Below, piece after piece: positions 50,897 through 59,600 of a stretch of DNA of 64,000 nt; position 1 is the stretch's first letter, and each line of letters opens with the position of its first letter. Position numbers and translations under genes: made by a program. The stretch is from NCBI GenBank assembly GCA_035530575.1, contig DATKUP010000170.1:72440-136439 (forward strand), read 5' to 3'. The stretch is from Thiobacillus sp. Lineage in GTDB: Bacteria > Pseudomonadota > Gammaproteobacteria > Burkholderiales > Thiobacillaceae. The notes beneath the pieces are model-generated. The model was not told where the DNA came from. It ran no database searches and saw nothing but the letters and a program-made list of their open reading frames with translations.

Positions 50897-52594
50897 ATGG
50901 AGCGCAGAAAAAAACTCCGGATGGGCGAAACCCTGGTCTCGCAGGGACTCATCACCCTCGACCAGCTGCGCATCGGCCTGAAGGAACAGAAAACGACCGG
51001 CCTGCCGATCGGCCGCCAGCTGGTTGCGCTGGGCTTCATGACCGAGGCGGTGTTGCGCGACCAGCTCGCCAACGCGCTCGGCAGCCAGGGCATCGACCTC
51101 GCCCAGGTGGTGGCCGACCCCGAAGCCTTGCAACTGGTGCCCGAGGAATTCGCCCGCCGCCATCACCTGCTGCCGATTGCGCATGACGCCGCGCGCAACG
51201 TGCTGACGCTGGCGACCACCGATATGTTCAACGTGGTTGCGCTCGACCAGTTGAAAGCAGCGCTCGGCGGCCAGCTCGAAATCAACACCCTGCTGGCGGC
51301 CGAAGCACAGCTGCTGGAATGCATCGACAAGTTCTACGGCTTCGACCTCTCGCTTGACGGCATCCTGCGCGAAATCGAAACCGGCGAAGTCGATTACGCC
51401 AGCCTCAACCCCGATACCGAGGAATATACCCAGCCGGTGGTGCGGCTGGTCGGCGCGCTGCTCACCGACGCGGTGAAGCGCGAATCCTCCGACATCCACT
51501 TTGAGCCAGAGCACGCCTTCCTGCGCATCCGCTACCGCATCGACGGCGTGCTGGAGCAGATCCGCAGCCTGCACAGGACCTACTGGCCAGGCATCCTGGT
51601 GCGACTGAAGGTAATGTCGGGGATGAACATCGCCGAGACGCGCGCGCCGCAGGACGGCCGCATGTCGCTCACGCTGAACGGCCGGCCGATCGACTTCCGC
51701 GTCTCGTCGCAGCCCGGCATCCATGGCGAAAACCTGGTGCTGCGCATCCTCGACCGCGAAAAGTCGATCATGCCGCTGGAACAGATGGGCTTCACCGCCG
51801 ACGCCCTGCGTGAACTGCAACTGATGATGGCCCGCCCCGAAGGCATCCTGGTCGTCACCGGGCCGACCGGTTCCGGCAAGACCACCACGCTGTATTCGAT
51901 GCTGTCGCATCTGAACGACGAAACCGTCAACATCATGACGCTGGAAGACCCGGTCGAATATCCGGTCACCCTGATGCGCCAGAGCTCGGTCAATGAAACG
52001 CTGAAGCTCGACTTTGCCAACGGCATCCGCTCGATCATGCGACAGGATCCAGACATCATCCTGGTCGGCGAAATCCGCGACAAGGACACCGCTGAAATGG
52101 CGTTTCGTGCGGCGATGACCGGCCATCAGGTGTTCACCACCCTGCACACCAACTCCGTGCTCGGCGTGTTTCCGCGCCTGATGGACATCGGCATCCAGCC
52201 CGGCATTTTGTCCGGCAACATCATCGGCGTCATCGCCCAGCGGCTGGTGCGCAAACTGTGCCCGCACTGCAGGGAAGCCTACACGCCGGACGAAGACGAA
52301 GCGCGCATTCTCGGCACCGATCCGGCCCAGCCGCCGTGGATCTTTCGCGCGACCGGCTGCCCGGCATGCAGCAACAAAGGCTACAAAGGCCGCCTTGCCC
52401 TGATCGAGCTGTTGCGGATGGACCCGCGGCTGGACGAACTGGTCGCCGACCACGCGCCGCTGCACGAAATCCGCCGCGCCGCGCTCGAGCACGGCTATCG
52501 CCCGCTGGCCGAAGACGGCGTCAAGCGCGTGCTCGATGGCGTGACCTCGCTGGCGGAAGTGGCGCGGGTGGTGGATTTGACGGGGCGAGTGTGA
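50897..52594 (+). CDS. GspE/PilB-family assembly ATPase with N-terminal MshEN (c-di-GMP-binding) domain
   Basis: Two 24-residue MshEN motifs (RMGETLVSQGLITLDQLRIGLKEQ, 5-aa spacer, PIGRQLVALGFMTEAVLRDQLANA). Walker A GPTGSGKTTT. Tetracysteine CPHC...CPAC. Confidence 0.9.
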   Translation: MERRKKLRMGETLVSQGLITLDQLRIGLKEQKTTGLPIGRQLVALGFMTEAVLRDQLANALGSQGIDLAQVVADPEALQLVPEEFARRHHLLPIAHDAARNVLTLATTDMFNVVALDQLKAALGGQLEINTLLAAEAQLLECIDKFYGFDLSLDGILREIETGEVDYASLNPDTEEYTQPVVRLVGALLTDAVKRESSDIHFEPEHAFLRIRYRIDGVLEQIRSLHRTYWPGILVRLKVMSGMNIAETRAPQDGRMSLTLNGRPIDFRVSSQPGIHGENLVLRILDREKSIMPLEQMGFTADALRELQLMMARPEGILVVTGPTGSGKTTTLYSMLSHLNDETVNIMTLEDPVEYPVTLMRQSSVNETLKLDFANGIRSIMRQDPDIILVGEIRDKDTAEMAFRAAMTGHQVFTTLHTNSVLGVFPRLMDIGIQPGILSGNIIGVIAQRLVRKLCPHCREAYTPDEDEARILGTDPAQPPWIFRATGCPACSNKGYKGRLALIELLRMDPRLDELVADHAPLHEIRRAALEHGYRPLAEDGVKRVLDGVTSLAEVARVVDLTGRV

Positions 52595-52600
52595 TGCGAA

Positions 52601-52677
52601 ATTCAGGGATTCAGGGGTCGGGAGTCAGGGGTCAGGGGTCAGGGGAAGCGCAACCACTCCCTCTTCGATCCCTGAAT
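52601..52677. repeat. G-tract heptamer array (TCAGGGG-type, 6 G-runs) embedded in a 10-bp inverted repeat
   Basis: attcagggattcaggggtcgggagtcaggggtcaggggtcagggg.... The outer arms attcagggat (52601-52610) and atccctgaat (52668-52677) are complementary. Confidence 0.85.
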
Positions 52678-52701
52678 CCAGCCCCCTAAACACGAATCGC
52701 C

Positions 52702-53907
52702 ATGCCCTTCTTCGACTACCGCGCCATCGACCAGACCGGCCGCACCACCCGGGGCACGCTGTCGGCCGTCAACGACGTCGACCTCGAACTGCGCCTGAAG
52801 CGCATGGGGCTCGATCTCATCACGCTGGCGGAGCTTTCGCGCCAGTACGCCCCCAGCGGCCGCGAGCGCGTTACCCGGCGCGACCTGGTCACCTTCTGCA
52901 TCCATATGCGCTACATCACCCGCGCCAAAATTCCGCTGCTCGACGGCCTGCGCGATCTGCGCGACACCATGGAAAAACGCGGCTTTCGCGATGTGCTGAC
53001 CGCGCTGCTGGAAGATATGGAAGGCGGCAAAGTGCTATCGCAGGCACTTGCCGCGCATCCGGCGGTGTTCGGCGCCGTATTCGTCCACAGCGTGCGCGCG
53101 GGCGAGCAGACCGGCCTGCTGGACGCGGTGTTCGATCGTCTGGCCGAATCGCTCAAGTGGCAGGAAGAGGTCGCCGCCAAGGCCAAACGGCTGATGATCT
53201 ACCCGGCGCTGGTGCTGACCGTCGTCGGCGCAGCCATCCTGTTTTTGATGCTTTACCTGGTGCCGCAGGTGCTCTCCCTGGTCGAGACCATGGGCGTGGT
53301 GCTGCCGCTGCCGACGCTGATTCTGCTGGCCGTATCGAATGTAATGCAGTCGTACTGGCCGATCGGGCTGCTGCTGGCGCTGGCGCTTGGAATCGGCCTG
53401 CCGCTGTGGATAAGGCAAGCCGAGGCGGGACGCGAATGGTGGGACCGCACCCAGTTGCGGCTGCCCGTTATCGGCCCGATCATGCAGAAGATCGTGCTAT
53501 CGCGCTTCACCAATACCCTGGCGATGATGTACCGCTCGAGGGTCACCGTGCTCGACGCGTTGCGTGCGGGCGAGATGGTCGCCGGCAATCGGGTGATCGC
53601 CCGTGGCATCCACCGCGCGGCGCAGCAGATCGCCGATGGCCGCGGCCTGTCTGAAAGCTTCCAGGCACAGGCGCTGTTTCCGCCGCTGGTGATCCGCATG
53701 TTGCGCGTGGGCGAATCCACCGGTGCACTCGACGAAGCGCTGGAAAATGTGACGTATTTCTACAACCGCGAAGTGCTCGACTCGATCGAAAACGGCCTGC
53801 GGGTTCTGGAACCGCTGCTCACCGCCATCCTCGGCCTGCTGCTCGGCGGCATTCTCGTGTCGGTGCTGCTGCCGGTTTACGACCTGATCGGGAACCTGCC
53901 GTTATGA
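52702..53907 (+). CDS. GspF/PilC-family inner-membrane platform protein (MshG-like)
   Basis: 401 aa with the duplicated T2SSF architecture and 3 TM segments. Confidence 0.9.
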   Translation: MPFFDYRAIDQTGRTTRGTLSAVNDVDLELRLKRMGLDLITLAELSRQYAPSGRERVTRRDLVTFCIHMRYITRAKIPLLDGLRDLRDTMEKRGFRDVLTALLEDMEGGKVLSQALAAHPAVFGAVFVHSVRAGEQTGLLDAVFDRLAESLKWQEEVAAKAKRLMIYPALVLTVVGAAILFLMLYLVPQVLSLVETMGVVLPLPTLILLAVSNVMQSYWPIGLLLALALGIGLPLWIRQAEAGREWWDRTQLRLPVIGPIMQKIVLSRFTNTLAMMYRSRVTVLDALRAGEMVAGNRVIARGIHRAAQQIADGRGLSESFQAQALFPPLVIRMLRVGESTGALDEALENVTYFYNREVLDSIENGLRVLEPLLTAILGLLLGGILVSVLLPVYDLIGNLPL

Positions 53908-53917
53908 TTTCAAACCC

Positions 53918-54057
53918 CTCACTACAGAGGCACAGAGCCGCAGAGGCAAAGCGGGAAATTGCAGCATGTCGTACGGCCACACTGCGGATGACACGCTACG
54001 ACGAGGTTTCCCTGTGCCTCTGCGCCTCTGTGGTTAATGGTTTTATGGTTAATGGTT
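53918..54057. repeat. REP/MITE-like inverted-repeat element, copy 2
   Basis: Left arm ctcactacagaggcacagagccgcagaggca. Right arm cctgtgcctctgcgcctctgtggttaatggttttatggttaatggtt. Same right terminus as copy 1. Confidence 0.8.
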
Positions 54058-54066
54058 TTTTCCGGG

Positions 54067-55545
54067 ATGATGTTTGACCACCGCCTGATCCTGCTTGCCA
54101 CCCCGCGCCAGATCGGCGTGCTCGACTGGCGGCCCGGCCACATGCACTGGCTGGGCGAGTTCGCCGCCAACGAAACGGGGCGGGCGGCGTTTCGCCAGGC
54201 GCTGGTCAAGCGCGCGCAGCTGCCGGTGCTGCTGGTCGTCGACACGGTGGACGAGGATTACCGCAGCGAGATTCTGCCGCACGTACAGAGGCGCGCGCGC
54301 GACGAACTGCTGGCACGCAAGCTCAAACAGGTGTTCCGCAACGCACGTTTCACCGGCGCCTGGCGGCAGGCCCGCGAAACGACCGGCCGCCGCGACGACC
54401 GCTACCTGCTGGCCGCCCTCACCGATGCCGAGTGGCTGACGCCCTGGCTCAGCGTGCTGCATCGCGAACGGGTGCCGCTGTGCGGCATCGCCCCGCTGGC
54501 GCTGGCGTACCAGCACCTGCTGGCCAGACTGCGGGTACAGGCGCCGCACACGCTGCTGGCGTGCCGTCTCAACAACAGGCTGCGGCTGTCCTACTATCAC
54601 AACGGTCTGCTGCGTTTTTCGCGCCTGATCGGCAGCGACACGCCCACCCAGCTGCCGGGCAATGCGGCCGACGAAATTGCCAAGACCCAGCTTTATCTCA
54701 CCGGCCAGCGCATCCTGCCGCGCGAAGCCCGGCTGCATGTGCTGCTGCTCGACCCCAGCGGCCAGCTCGACAGCGCGCAGGCCCCGCTCAATGCCGATCC
54801 CGCATTCAGCACGCGGCTCATCGACATGTCGAACCTCGCGAGGGCATTGCGCATTCCCGACAATTTTCTCGCCGTCACCCCGGAAATCGCACCGCTGGCG
54901 GCGATTGCGGACGAATCCGTGCACCTGAATCTGGCGCCGCCCGAACTGCTGCAACGCCATATCGAATTTCGCTGGCGACGCGGCCTGAATCTGGCGGCGG
55001 GCATTGTCGCCGCAACCGGACTGACCCTCACCACCGCCTATTGGCTCAATACCCAGGACCTGCGCGACCAGGCGCTGCGGATCGAGAGCGAGGTGCAACG
55101 CGGCGATGCACGCCACGCCGTCATCGTGCGCGACTTCCCCCTGCTCGCCATCCGACCCGACCAGCTCGGCCAGACCCTTGCCCTGGCCACGCAACTGAAT
55201 CGTTCGCCGCTCGACATCAACACGCTGTTCCTGCCGCTGGGGCAGGCGCTGGCCGCGCACCCCGACATGGTAATCAAGGCGTTGACGCTGCAGGACACGG
55301 CGGACGGCACGGCGGATATCACGCTGGACGCGCGACTGTCCGACTTCGACGGTAACTATCGCGCCGCCATGTCGCGCATCGACAGCCTCGTCTCCCGGCT
55401 CGCCGCCACACCGGGCATTGCAGCGGTCGAACGCGTGACAAGCCCGGTCAACACGGCCTCCACCGCCACCCTCAGCGGCAAAACCTCGGGTGAAACCCGG
55501 CCTGAAGAGACACGATTCACCTTGAGCCTGCAGGTGCGCCCATGA
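54067..55545 (+). CDS. PilM-PilN fusion-like / GspL-like bitopic assembly protein (MshI-sized)
   Basis: About 492 aa: cytoplasmic domain, TM LNLAAGIVAATGLTLTTAYWL, periplasmic C-terminal domain. Start moved to MMFDHRL because the track start lies inside the repeat element. Assignment rests on architecture and synteny only. Confidence 0.55.
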   Translation: MMFDHRLILLATPRQIGVLDWRPGHMHWLGEFAANETGRAAFRQALVKRAQLPVLLVVDTVDEDYRSEILPHVQRRARDELLARKLKQVFRNARFTGAWRQARETTGRRDDRYLLAALTDAEWLTPWLSVLHRERVPLCGIAPLALAYQHLLARLRVQAPHTLLACRLNNRLRLSYYHNGLLRFSRLIGSDTPTQLPGNAADEIAKTQLYLTGQRILPREARLHVLLLDPSGQLDSAQAPLNADPAFSTRLIDMSNLARALRIPDNFLAVTPEIAPLAAIADESVHLNLAPPELLQRHIEFRWRRGLNLAAGIVAATGLTLTTAYWLNTQDLRDQALRIESEVQRGDARHAVIVRDFPLLAIRPDQLGQTLALATQLNRSPLDINTLFLPLGQALAAHPDMVIKALTLQDTADGTADITLDARLSDFDGNYRAAMSRIDSLVSRLAATPGIAAVERVTSPVNTASTATLSGKTSGETRPEETRFTLSLQVRP

Positions 55546-56141
55546 GCCGGCCGCCGATCGCCTCGCTGAAAACATCGATCCTGCTGCTGCTTGTCGCCAG
55601 CCTGCTGTCCACTGCGGGAATTTTCTGGAGCCGCCAGCAGGACACCGAAGCGCACGCCGACCTGCAACGCCAGCAGACGGCCCTCAATGCCGTACACGCA
55701 CGCCAGCAACAAGGCCAAATGGAAGCGCGCCTGATCGCGCAGCATCTCGACGCCTACCGCGCGCTGGTTGCACGGGGGTTTGTCGGTGAAGAGAACCGCC
55801 TCGCCTGGATCGAGGCGGTGCACCTCGCCAATCGGGACGCCCGGCTGTACGGACTCACCTACACCCTGTCGCCGCGCACGGCTGCGCCGCCCGCCCTGGC
55901 CGGCGGCCTGCCGCTCAAGCAGACCCGCATGCGGGTGAAAATGCCCTTGCTGGTGGAAACCGACCTGCCGCGCTTTATCGACGCCCTGCACGCGCGTGCG
56001 CCCGGCCTGTTCCGCGTCAGCAGATGCCACCTCGCCCGCTTCACCGACGCCCCGCCGCAGCCGGTCAACCGCCCCGAACTCGACGCCGAATGCGAACTGC
56101 TGTGGTTTACCGTGGCGGCCGACGGCAAGGAGGTCAAATGA
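55542..56141 (+). CDS. PilO/GspM-like bitopic protein (MshJ-sized)
   Basis: 199 aa: N-terminal TM SILLLLVASLLSTAGIFW, coiled coil, periplasmic domain. 4-nt overlap with the upstream gene. Confidence 0.5.
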   Translation: MSRPPIASLKTSILLLLVASLLSTAGIFWSRQQDTEAHADLQRQQTALNAVHARQQQGQMEARLIAQHLDAYRALVARGFVGEENRLAWIEAVHLANRDARLYGLTYTLSPRTAAPPALAGGLPLKQTRMRVKMPLLVETDLPRFIDALHARAPGLFRVSRCHLARFTDAPPQPVNRPELDAECELLWFTVAADGKEVK

Positions 56142-56144
56142 ACC

Positions 56145-56260
56145 GAGATTGTTCATTAGGGCGCGAGACACAAGGAGTAGGGTGCACTCTGTGCACCTTT
56201 GGGCGTCAATCGGTGCACAGAGTGCACCCTACGCACTACAAATCGCCTAATGAACAATCT
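56145..56260. repeat. long composite hairpin (perfect 21-bp inner stem + 15-bp outer stem)
   Basis: Inner stem gtagggtgcactctgtgcacc (56177-56197) / ggtgcacagagtgcaccctac (56212-56232). Outer stem agattgttcattagg (56146-56160) / cctaatgaacaatct (56246-56260). Confidence 0.9.
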
Positions 56261-56263
56261 GAG

Positions 56264-56665
56264 ATGAATCGGCACGACGCCTGGCGAGTCCGCGCCACCC
56301 TCATGCCGCTGCTCTTGCTGGCCATGCTGGGCGTGTGCGGCGCTAGCCTTGCCGCCGACCCCGGGCGCCTGTTCTACACCCCCCAACAGCGCGCCCAGCT
56401 CGAAGCCGCGCGCGCGCGCAACGTCACCCAACTCAGGCAGGCGACGCCCGATACAGGTGCCCCGCCGCCGGTACGCTATGACGGCGTGGTGATCCGCTCC
56501 GACGGCAAGACCACGCGCTGGGTCGACGGCCAGCCGCAGACCGGCGCGTCCGGTGTGGCGGGCCTGAAGCCGGGCCAGATCCGCGCCGACGGCCGTGTGT
56601 ATGAACCCTATCAGGTGCTCCGCCCCAGCCCCGCCGAGCCTGTCGCCGAGGAACCCACGCCATGA
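56264..56665 (+). CDS. small secreted/periplasmic protein (MshK-sized), function unknown
   Basis: 133 aa from MNRHDAWRVRATLMPLLLLAMLGVCGASLAADP (signal peptide). In frame within track ORF 56024..56665. Confidence 0.5.
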   Translation: MNRHDAWRVRATLMPLLLLAMLGVCGASLAADPGRLFYTPQQRAQLEAARARNVTQLRQATPDTGAPPPVRYDGVVIRSDGKTTRWVDGQPQTGASGVAGLKPGQIRADGRVYEPYQVLRPSPAEPVAEEPTP

Positions 56666-57678
56666 AGCAGGCACGCGGCTTCACCCTGATCGAGCTGGCC
56701 ATCGTGCTGGTGATCGTCACCATCCTGATCGGCGGCCTGGCGATGCCGCTGTCGGCGCAGATTCAGGCGAGGCGGATTGCCGAGACCAAGAAAATCCTGG
56801 AAGAAGCGCGCGAGGCGATTATCGGGTACGCCATGAGCAGCGTTGCAAGCTCAAACTCATGCAGATGCACCTACACGGTGGGGGATACGGGTACCTGTCC
56901 GATTGCACTGAACTCTGTAACTCCAGCAACCTGTTCATCGCTATGCCCTGCTGAGGAAGAGGTGGCATTGACGCTCCCATCATGCCCGGCTTCGGGCACA
57001 GGCCCCCTGATACTCACGCTTCCCATTACGCGCCATTACTTGCCCTGCCCCAGCAATGACGGCACAGGAATTGAATCACGCCACAGTAGTGGCGCAAGTA
57101 GTGGTGAATGCATCCCGTGTAATGATGCAAATCAGGATAATTTGGACGATGTCACAGGTAAACGCTGCAATCTTTTACCTTGGGCCACACTGGGGGCAGC
57201 AAATCAAGATTCTTGGGGGAATAGACTGCATTACGGTGTTATCGGAACTTATGCGGACTCAAACATTGGATTTGCGAGCAACGCCCAAGAAGCTACTCAA
57301 ATAAATGATGTTGGCAGTTGTAATGGTACTTTTGACGGAAGCGGTAGTTCCTGCACAAGCACTGACGTTTCAGACTGTTATAAACAAATTTGTGGTTCAG
57401 CCAACACGACAATCGCTGCAAATGTACCCGTGGTTCTGATTTCCTACGGACCGAATGGTTGGGGGGCAATGAGTGTAAATGAAAAAATTCTGGCCACACC
57501 GACGGGGAATGACGAAAAAAAGAATCACGATACTAATCAATTTTATGTTAACCGACCGCCATATAAAGCCGCTGATGGTTCTGCTGCAGAACAGACAAAA
57601 GAATTCGACGATCTAGTGGTGTGGATTTCGGATGGCCTACTTAAGAGCCGGGTGTGCCCAGCGGGCGGATGTCCATAG
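56662..57678 (+). CDS. large cysteine-rich pseudopilin (prepilin-type N-terminal cleavage/methylation domain)
   Basis: Leader MKQARG|FTLIELAIVLVIVTILIGG. 338 aa with 16 Cys in the globular part. The C-terminal domain is low in GC. Confidence 0.85.
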   Translation: MKQARGFTLIELAIVLVIVTILIGGLAMPLSAQIQARRIAETKKILEEAREAIIGYAMSSVASSNSCRCTYTVGDTGTCPIALNSVTPATCSSLCPAEEEVALTLPSCPASGTGPLILTLPITRHYLPCPSNDGTGIESRHSSGASSGECIPCNDANQDNLDDVTGKRCNLLPWATLGAANQDSWGNRLHYGVIGTYADSNIGFASNAQEATQINDVGSCNGTFDGSGSSCTSTDVSDCYKQICGSANTTIAANVPVVLISYGPNGWGAMSVNEKILATPTGNDEKKNHDTNQFYVNRPPYKAADGSAAEQTKEFDDLVVWISDGLLKSRVCPAGGCP

Positions 57679-59389
57679 CCTGCAATCTGAACATCACCCG
57701 CCCTACCTGATTGTCCGGCAGTTCCAGCCGATACCCGACGCGCGCGGCCTGCCGCGCGGCCTGATACAAGCCAACACCCAAGCCGAAATCCGACGCCACC
57801 GGACTCAGGAACAGGTTGCGCGCCACGTGCTCCGGCGCCGGCGCGCCGCTGTCGGTCACGGCGAGGCTTACCAGCGGCTGCAGCGCCAACCGCACTTCCA
57901 CCGCAAGGCCCGGCTCGCGCTGACGCTTGCGCAGTGCATTGGTGAGCAGGTTGTCGGCGACGCTGTCGAACAGGTCCTGCGGCAGGGGGATGTCATCGAG
58001 CGCCTCGGCAAAGAACTGCACGTCGTCGTGTTCGTAGCGCGTCTGTAGCGCCGTCCACCAGGCCTGCGCGGGAATCTGGGCGACATCCATTTCAGCCGGC
58101 TGCTTCAATTTGTCGACGGTCTGCGACAGGCGCGCCGCCAGTTGCGGCAGCTGGCGTTTCATCAGCGCCTGCAGGCGCTCGCCGTCTTCCGGGGTGGATG
58201 TATCAGCCGCGGCGATCAGGGTTTTCATCGACTGCAGGATGTTCTTCACGTCGTGGGTCAGGCGCGCGCCGGTGTCGTGGATGGCCTGGCTGTAGGCCTG
58301 CTCGCGCAGGGTCTGCTCGCGCACCTTGGAAGCATAGAAATAACCCAGCAACTGCGACAGCAGCCGCACATGCAGCGCCAGCGCGGGGGTGAGCGGGCGC
58401 GGTGCCTGCCAGGTCAGGGTCAGGCCATGAAATGAATGAACGAGGGCATGCTCGGCGGGTTCGCCGAACATGCCCTCGCCGCGCGCGGCCTGCCAGCGCC
58501 CGCCGCGGATCCAGGTCAGTTCGTGCAGGTCGGCCAGCGCTTCGCGCACGAACGACTCGGGGTCGCGTTCGCGTTCGGCCAGCGTGGCCAGCCGCTGCGC
58601 CCAGCCTTCGAACGGCAGGCCCACCGACAGCAGATAACGCGAAGTCACCTGCCCCAGCCCGGCAAAGCCGGCGCATGGATTCCACAGCCACGACAGCACC
58701 AGCAGCAGCGTCGCCATGCCCAGCAGGGTCTGCACCAGTGCCCAGGCATAGCTCACCCCGGCCACCGCCACCACGGTAAACGCGCCCAGCGCCACCACCA
58801 TGACAAGCAGCGACAGCATCAGGCCGTAGATGAAATCGAGCGTGGACGACGCCCCGCGCTGGCGGCTGGCGGGCAAAAACAGGATCGTCAGGGGCAACAT
58901 CGGCAGACCATAGCGCACTGCGGCCTGCAGCCCATCGGGCAGCGCAGTGTCGCCCAGGCTCTGCGGCAGCACCCAGGCCAGCAACAGGGCGAGCAGGTAG
59001 GCCAGGGCGAGCAGGTAGGCCAGCCGCGGCCCGTGCTCGTTCTGCGAAGTCGCCACCGCACCCACCAGCCCCGCCAGAATCGCCAGCCATAGCGCCATCA
59101 CCCAAGTGCTGTCCGCCAGCACCAACAGCGCCGCCATGGCGAGCACCGGCAGCGCGAGGCGCGGCTCGATGCGCGCTTCGCTGCGCACCAGCGGCTGCCA
59201 CAGCAGGAACAGCCCGTAATGCGCCAGCAGGAACGCGCGCGTCACCGCCGTCTCGGCATCGAGCACCACGGCCGCGTGCAGGGCCAGCAGCATCAGGGCC
59301 AGCCAGCGCCCGGGCGTCACCCGCGTGAAATGGGTGGCCAGCGACGTCAGCCAGGCCAGCGGCGACGCTGTCTCAATGCGTTCAGTCAT
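57641..59389 (-). CDS. polytopic membrane sensor histidine kinase
   Basis: About 8 N-terminal TM helices, H-box RLTHDVKNILQSM, C-terminal HATPase_c-like region (NLLTNALRK, DSGAP, GLGVGLY). Confidence 0.85.
   Translation of the reverse strand: MTERIETASPLAWLTSLATHFTRVTPGRWLALMLLALHAAVVLDAETAVTRAFLLAHYGLFLLWQPLVRSEARIEPRLALPVLAMAALLVLADSTWVMALWLAILAGLVGAVATSQNEHGPRLAYLLALAYLLALLLAWVLPQSLGDTALPDGLQAAVRYGLPMLPLTILFLPASRQRGASSTLDFIYGLMLSLLVMVVALGAFTVVAVAGVSYAWALVQTLLGMATLLLVLSWLWNPCAGFAGLGQVTSRYLLSVGLPFEGWAQRLATLAERERDPESFVREALADLHELTWIRGGRWQAARGEGMFGEPAEHALVHSFHGLTLTWQAPRPLTPALALHVRLLSQLLGYFYASKVREQTLREQAYSQAIHDTGARLTHDVKNILQSMKTLIAAADTSTPEDGERLQALMKRQLPQLAARLSQTVDKLKQPAEMDVAQIPAQAWWTALQTRYEHDDVQFFAEALDDIPLPQDLFDSVADNLLTNALRKRQREPGLAVEVRLALQPLVSLAVTDSGAPAPEHVARNLFLSPVASDFGLGVGLYQAARQAARVGYRLELPDNQVGRVMFRLQAMDIRPLGTPGS
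58986..59021. repeat. perfect 18-bp tandem duplication inside the kinase gene
   Basis: agggcgagcaggtaggcc occurs twice, encoding LAYLLA-LAYLLA in a TM helix. Confidence 0.9.
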
Positions 59390-59600
59390 ATCCGGGATTG
59401 TTGGGGGAGCGGTAGAAACTCAGCATGACACAGCTATCGGCATTTCACCCGGGAAATGGAGCCCGCGAACGCGTTTGCTCGCCCACATTTCCGTCGAAAA
59501 TCCGGCACTGGCGTCGTATTTTCGTCAAACTCGCGTCCTGCCAGGCACGGAACACTTGCCTTTCTCTATTTTTAACAATGAGTTATCACATAACAACGGC

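Noticed and set aside
59543-59559. AGGCACGGAACACTTGC upstream of the pilin gene, resembling a sigma54 promoter.
   Set aside because: GG and GC are 14 nt apart instead of the strict 12. The correctly spaced TGGAAC-N5-TTGC at 59601 is preferred.
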